Shown here piece by piece: positions 61,196 to 64,000 of a stretch of 64,000 nucleotides of DNA. This stretch comes from Candidatus Latescibacterota bacterium (GTDB taxonomy: Bacteria; Latescibacterota; UBA2968; SICM01). The stretch covers positions 1,600,001-1,664,000 of the forward strand of contig CBDCJO010000002.1 in the NCBI GenBank assembly GCA_965217865.1, read 5' to 3'. The position numbers and the translations under genes are program-made. Position 1 is the stretch's first letter. Each line of letters begins with the position of its first letter. Under the pieces are notes generated by a model. That model searched no databases. It worked only from the letters and a program-made list of their open reading frames with translations, and was not told the origin of the DNA.

Positions 61196-62167
61196 CTACC
61201 CCCCGCCTTCCCCGAACATCATCAGTCCCGCCCCGATCGCTCCCGCGTCGTTTCCCAGTTGAGCCTTGACCATCCGTGTATGTTTCAACATGTGCGGGAT
61301 GGTGAGTTCCCCTACGGTCTGTTGAACGGGGTCGAACAGGACCGGACCGGCTTCGGAGATTCCCCCGCCGATGGCGATGACCTCCGGGCTGAGGAGGTGG
61401 ATGATATTGGTGACGGCGATTCCGAGGTGCTCCCCCGCGGTCGTGAGGACTTCACGGGCGAGGCCGTCACCCTCCCGGCCGGCACGGCAGATCATCTCGG
61501 GCGTGACGCTTCGGATCAGACCGTTCGCGAGTTCCGTGATTTTCGACAAACGACCCGCTTCGAGGGCGGCTCTTACGTCCCGGATCATCGCGGTTCCGGA
61601 CGAGAGGGCTTCCAGGCATCCCTTCCTTCCACATCTGCAGAGGGGGCCGTCCGGCCTGATCACGACGTGTCCGATCTCGCCCGCCGCGAAGGAGGCCCCG
61701 TGGTGGATCTTTCCACGAATCACGATGCCCCCTCCGATACCTGTTCCGAGGGTGATAAAGAAGAGGGAAGCTGCCCCGGCCCCGCTTCCGATGCGTGCTT
61801 CAGCCAGGGCCGCGACGCTGGCGTCGTTATCGACGGAAACCGGGACAGGAAGACGATCCTGGAGGATGGCACGGAGAGGGACGTCCTTCCAACCGAGGTT
61901 GGGGGCCAGACCGACGACTCCCTGATCGGGTGAAACAGCGGGTGCGCCGACCCCCACCCCAACCAGGTTCCTTACAGGAATCTCTCCTTGACCGGCCGTT
62001 GCCTCCACCGCATCAACGATTTCACGGACCACGGCCTGTACACCCTCTGACGAATCAGTAGGCGTGATATCCCTGGCTATGATATCTCCTTCTCGATCTA
62101 TCAAAGCGGTCTTGATGTTCGTGCCGCCCAGGTCGATGCCGATGGAACAGTCCGGATGATGAGACAT
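61196..62167 (-). CDS. ROK-family sugar kinase (glucokinase-like)
   Basis: IDLGGT, DNDA, GTGIGGG, GEIGH, CRCGRKGCLE. Confidence 0.92.
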   Translation of the reverse strand: MSHHPDCSIGIDLGGTNIKTALIDREGDIIARDITPTDSSEGVQAVVREIVDAVEATAGQGEIPVRNLVGVGVGAPAVSPDQGVVGLAPNLGWKDVPLRAILQDRLPVPVSVDNDASVAALAEARIGSGAGAASLFFITLGTGIGGGIVIRGKIHHGASFAAGEIGHVVIRPDGPLCRCGRKGCLEALSSGTAMIRDVRAALEAGRLSKITELANGLIRSVTPEMICRAGREGDGLAREVLTTAGEHLGIAVTNIIHLLSPEVIAIGGGISEAGPVLFDPVQQTVGELTIPHMLKHTRMVKAQLGNDAGAIGAGLMMFGEGGG

Positions 62168-62325
62168 AAAGAAAGTTCCGTGAAGCGTATCTCCTATTGA
62201 TTTGGCTCTCTCCGCTTCACCTGTTGAGGGGTTGTTTGGGTTTGTATGATTTCATATATTCCCGTATCCATAATATAGGATAACCCCAATGGTTGACGTA
62301 CCCCTTTTTGAAGAAGGAGGTTGGG

Positions 62326-63099
62326 ATGAATCTCTTCTCTCTGGACGGACGGGTTGCCCTGGTGACGGGAGGCGGCAGGGGGATCGGCCGCGGCATCGCG
62401 GGGGGCCTGGCAGGTCACGGGGCAAAGGTCGCCTGTGCCGCACGCACACGTTCCCAGCTCGATGAGACGGTTGAAGCGATTCAGTCGGAAGGTGGAGACG
62501 CCTGGGCGGTTGAGATGGACCTGGAAGACCTGGAATCTGCAAAACAGGGGGTGGATGCTGTCCTGGAACACTATGGGAAGGTCGACATCCTGGTAAACAA
62601 CGCGGGGATGAATATCCGTGAACCGCTGGCAGATGTGAGCGAAGACAGTTACGACAGGATCATGAATGTGAATTTAAAGGGCCTTTATTTCCTTACGCAG
62701 ATCGTTGCAGGGAAGATGATCCCGAGGCGACAGGGTAAGATCATCAATATCGGTTCGCTGACAACAGGTATTTCCCTTCCGAGTGTCTCCGTTTATACGG
62801 CCACGAAGGGAGCGGTCGGACAGTTGACGAAGGCACAGGCCATCGAGCTGGGCCCTCACAACATCCAGGTAAACGGAATTTGTCCCGGGTTCGTTCTGAC
62901 CCCGCTGACGGAGAAGCTGTGGGCCAGGCCCGAGATGCGAAAATGGGGGGAAGGGAGGGTGGCGTTGAGGCGCCTTGCAACGCCGGAGGATATGGCGGGG
63001 ACAGCAGTTTTCCTGGCTTCGCCCGCATCCGATTATGTGACGGGTCAGTTGATCTATGCGGACGGGGGTTATATGGCGGGTGATTATTGGCCGATGTGA
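62326..63099 (+). CDS. SDR oxidoreductase (gluconate 5-dehydrogenase-like)
   Basis: TGGGRGIG, NNAG, YTATK. Confidence 0.9.
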   Translation: MNLFSLDGRVALVTGGGRGIGRGIAGGLAGHGAKVACAARTRSQLDETVEAIQSEGGDAWAVEMDLEDLESAKQGVDAVLEHYGKVDILVNNAGMNIREPLADVSEDSYDRIMNVNLKGLYFLTQIVAGKMIPRRQGKIINIGSLTTGISLPSVSVYTATKGAVGQLTKAQAIELGPHNIQVNGICPGFVLTPLTEKLWARPEMRKWGEGRVALRRLATPEDMAGTAVFLASPASDYVTGQLIYADGGYMAGDYWPM

Positions 63100-63177
63100 G
63101 AAGCCCGGCCCTTCCTCCCCGCCCGGAATACAGAATATAGAATACAGAAGAAGATCGAAATCGAAAACCCTTTGTTC

Positions 63178-64000
63178 TCAATCCGCCTGTCCGATTTGCC
63201 AGGTCCGGGAGATGTCCTGGGCCCGAAACATGCCGGCGTAGATCCCGTTCTTTTCCATGAGTTGATCGTGTCCGCCGGTTTCGACGATCCGACCGTTCCC
63301 CAACACGATGATTCTGTCGGCGTTTCTGATGGTGGACAGGCGGTGGGCAATTACGAGGGAGGTGCGGTGACGGGCGAGGTTAGATACGGCTTCCTGGATG
63401 AGGGATTCCGTCCCCGCGTCCACGGAGGAGGTTGCCTCGTCCAGAATCAGTATGGGAGCGTCCTTGAGGAGCGCCCTGGCAATGGAAAGGCGCTGCTTCT
63501 CCCCTCCGGAGAGGCGGACACCCCGTTCGCCGACGAAGGTGTCGTACCCGGATGGGAGATCGAGGATGAATTCCTCGGCATTTGCGGCACGGGCTGCCTG
63601 GATGATCTCCGTTTCCCCGGCATCGGGTCGTCCAAACAGGATGTTGTCCCGGACGGTTCCGTGGAACAGGAAGACGTCCTGCAGGACCATCGCGATGTTC
63701 CGCCGTAGATCTGCAACGGGGAGCTTGCGTATATCGTGCCCTCCGATCAGAATGGCGCCTTTTTGAGGATCGTAGAACCGCGAAACCAGGTTGATTATGG
63801 TGGTTTTCCCGGAACCGGTGGAACCGACCAGGGCAACGATTTCTCCTTCCTCAACCCGGAAGTCGATGTCGTGAAGGACGGAGATTTCAGGGTCATAGCC
63901 GAACGTGACGTTCCGAAATTGGATGTCCCATTCAAGCCCATCGGGCATGGCCGCGTCAGGCGCATCCACGATGTCGGACTGGATCGAGAGGATCTCGAAG
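63178..64000 (-). CDS. ABC exporter, ATP-binding C-terminal part (partial)
   Basis: GSTGSGKT, LSGGEKQR, ILDEATS, IAHRLST. Confidence 0.92.
   Translation of the reverse strand, partial: FEILSIQSDIVDAPDAAMPDGLEWDIQFRNVTFGYDPEISVLHDIDFRVEEGEIVALVGSTGSGKTTIINLVSRFYDPQKGAILIGGHDIRKLPVADLRRNIAMVLQDVFLFHGTVRDNILFGRPDAGETEIIQAARAANAEEFILDLPSGYDTFVGERGVRLSGGEKQRLSIARALLKDAPILILDEATSSVDAGTESLIQEAVSNLARHRTSLVIAHRLSTIRNADRIIVLGNGRIVETGGHDQLMEKNGIYAGMFRAQDISRTWQIGQAD

Noticed and set aside
499-63766. Numerous antisense or overlapping ORFs in the six-frame track
   Set aside because: Shadow ORFs of well-supported genes in GC-rich DNA, with no motifs of their own.

Overview
Moderately GC-rich bacterial chromosome segment. 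The UBact proteasome operon and the FG-GAP/ASH/cohesin/dockerin surface protein suggest a Latescibacteria/Handelsmanbacteria-like lineage (inference only). The core (about 9.1-53.3 kb) is housekeeping: tRNA-Leu(CAG), hom, fumC, a complete UBact-type arc-dop-ubact-prcB-prcA-pafA operon, hflX, sucC, EF-G paralogue, mqnD and hrcA-grpE-dnaJ. It is bracketed by two apparently identical, inverted IS630 copies. The two halves of one purC gene abut these copies 50 kb apart, so the central about 50 kb was inverted by recombination between them (or is misassembled). Undoing the inversion reconstitutes one integron-like cassette array: recombinase - attI-like site - grpB-family - MTA/SAH nucleosidase - purC - HIT - GNAT. 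The recombinase is not a normal IntI. It is co-oriented with the cassettes, lacks the IntI-specific I2 insertion, carries an N-terminal HARP-like module and is now frameshifted. The cassettes are bounded by 15-21 bp extended inverted repeats. One of their sites carries an IS110/IS1111-type insertion, and a canonical attC is nested inside one cassette. Other points: a decayed Panacea toxin-antitoxin pair next to the tRNA, a G15 tract frameshifting the surface protein, sigma28-type promoters (one before an FlgM-like ORF) and a DUF1016N-thermonuclease fusion.
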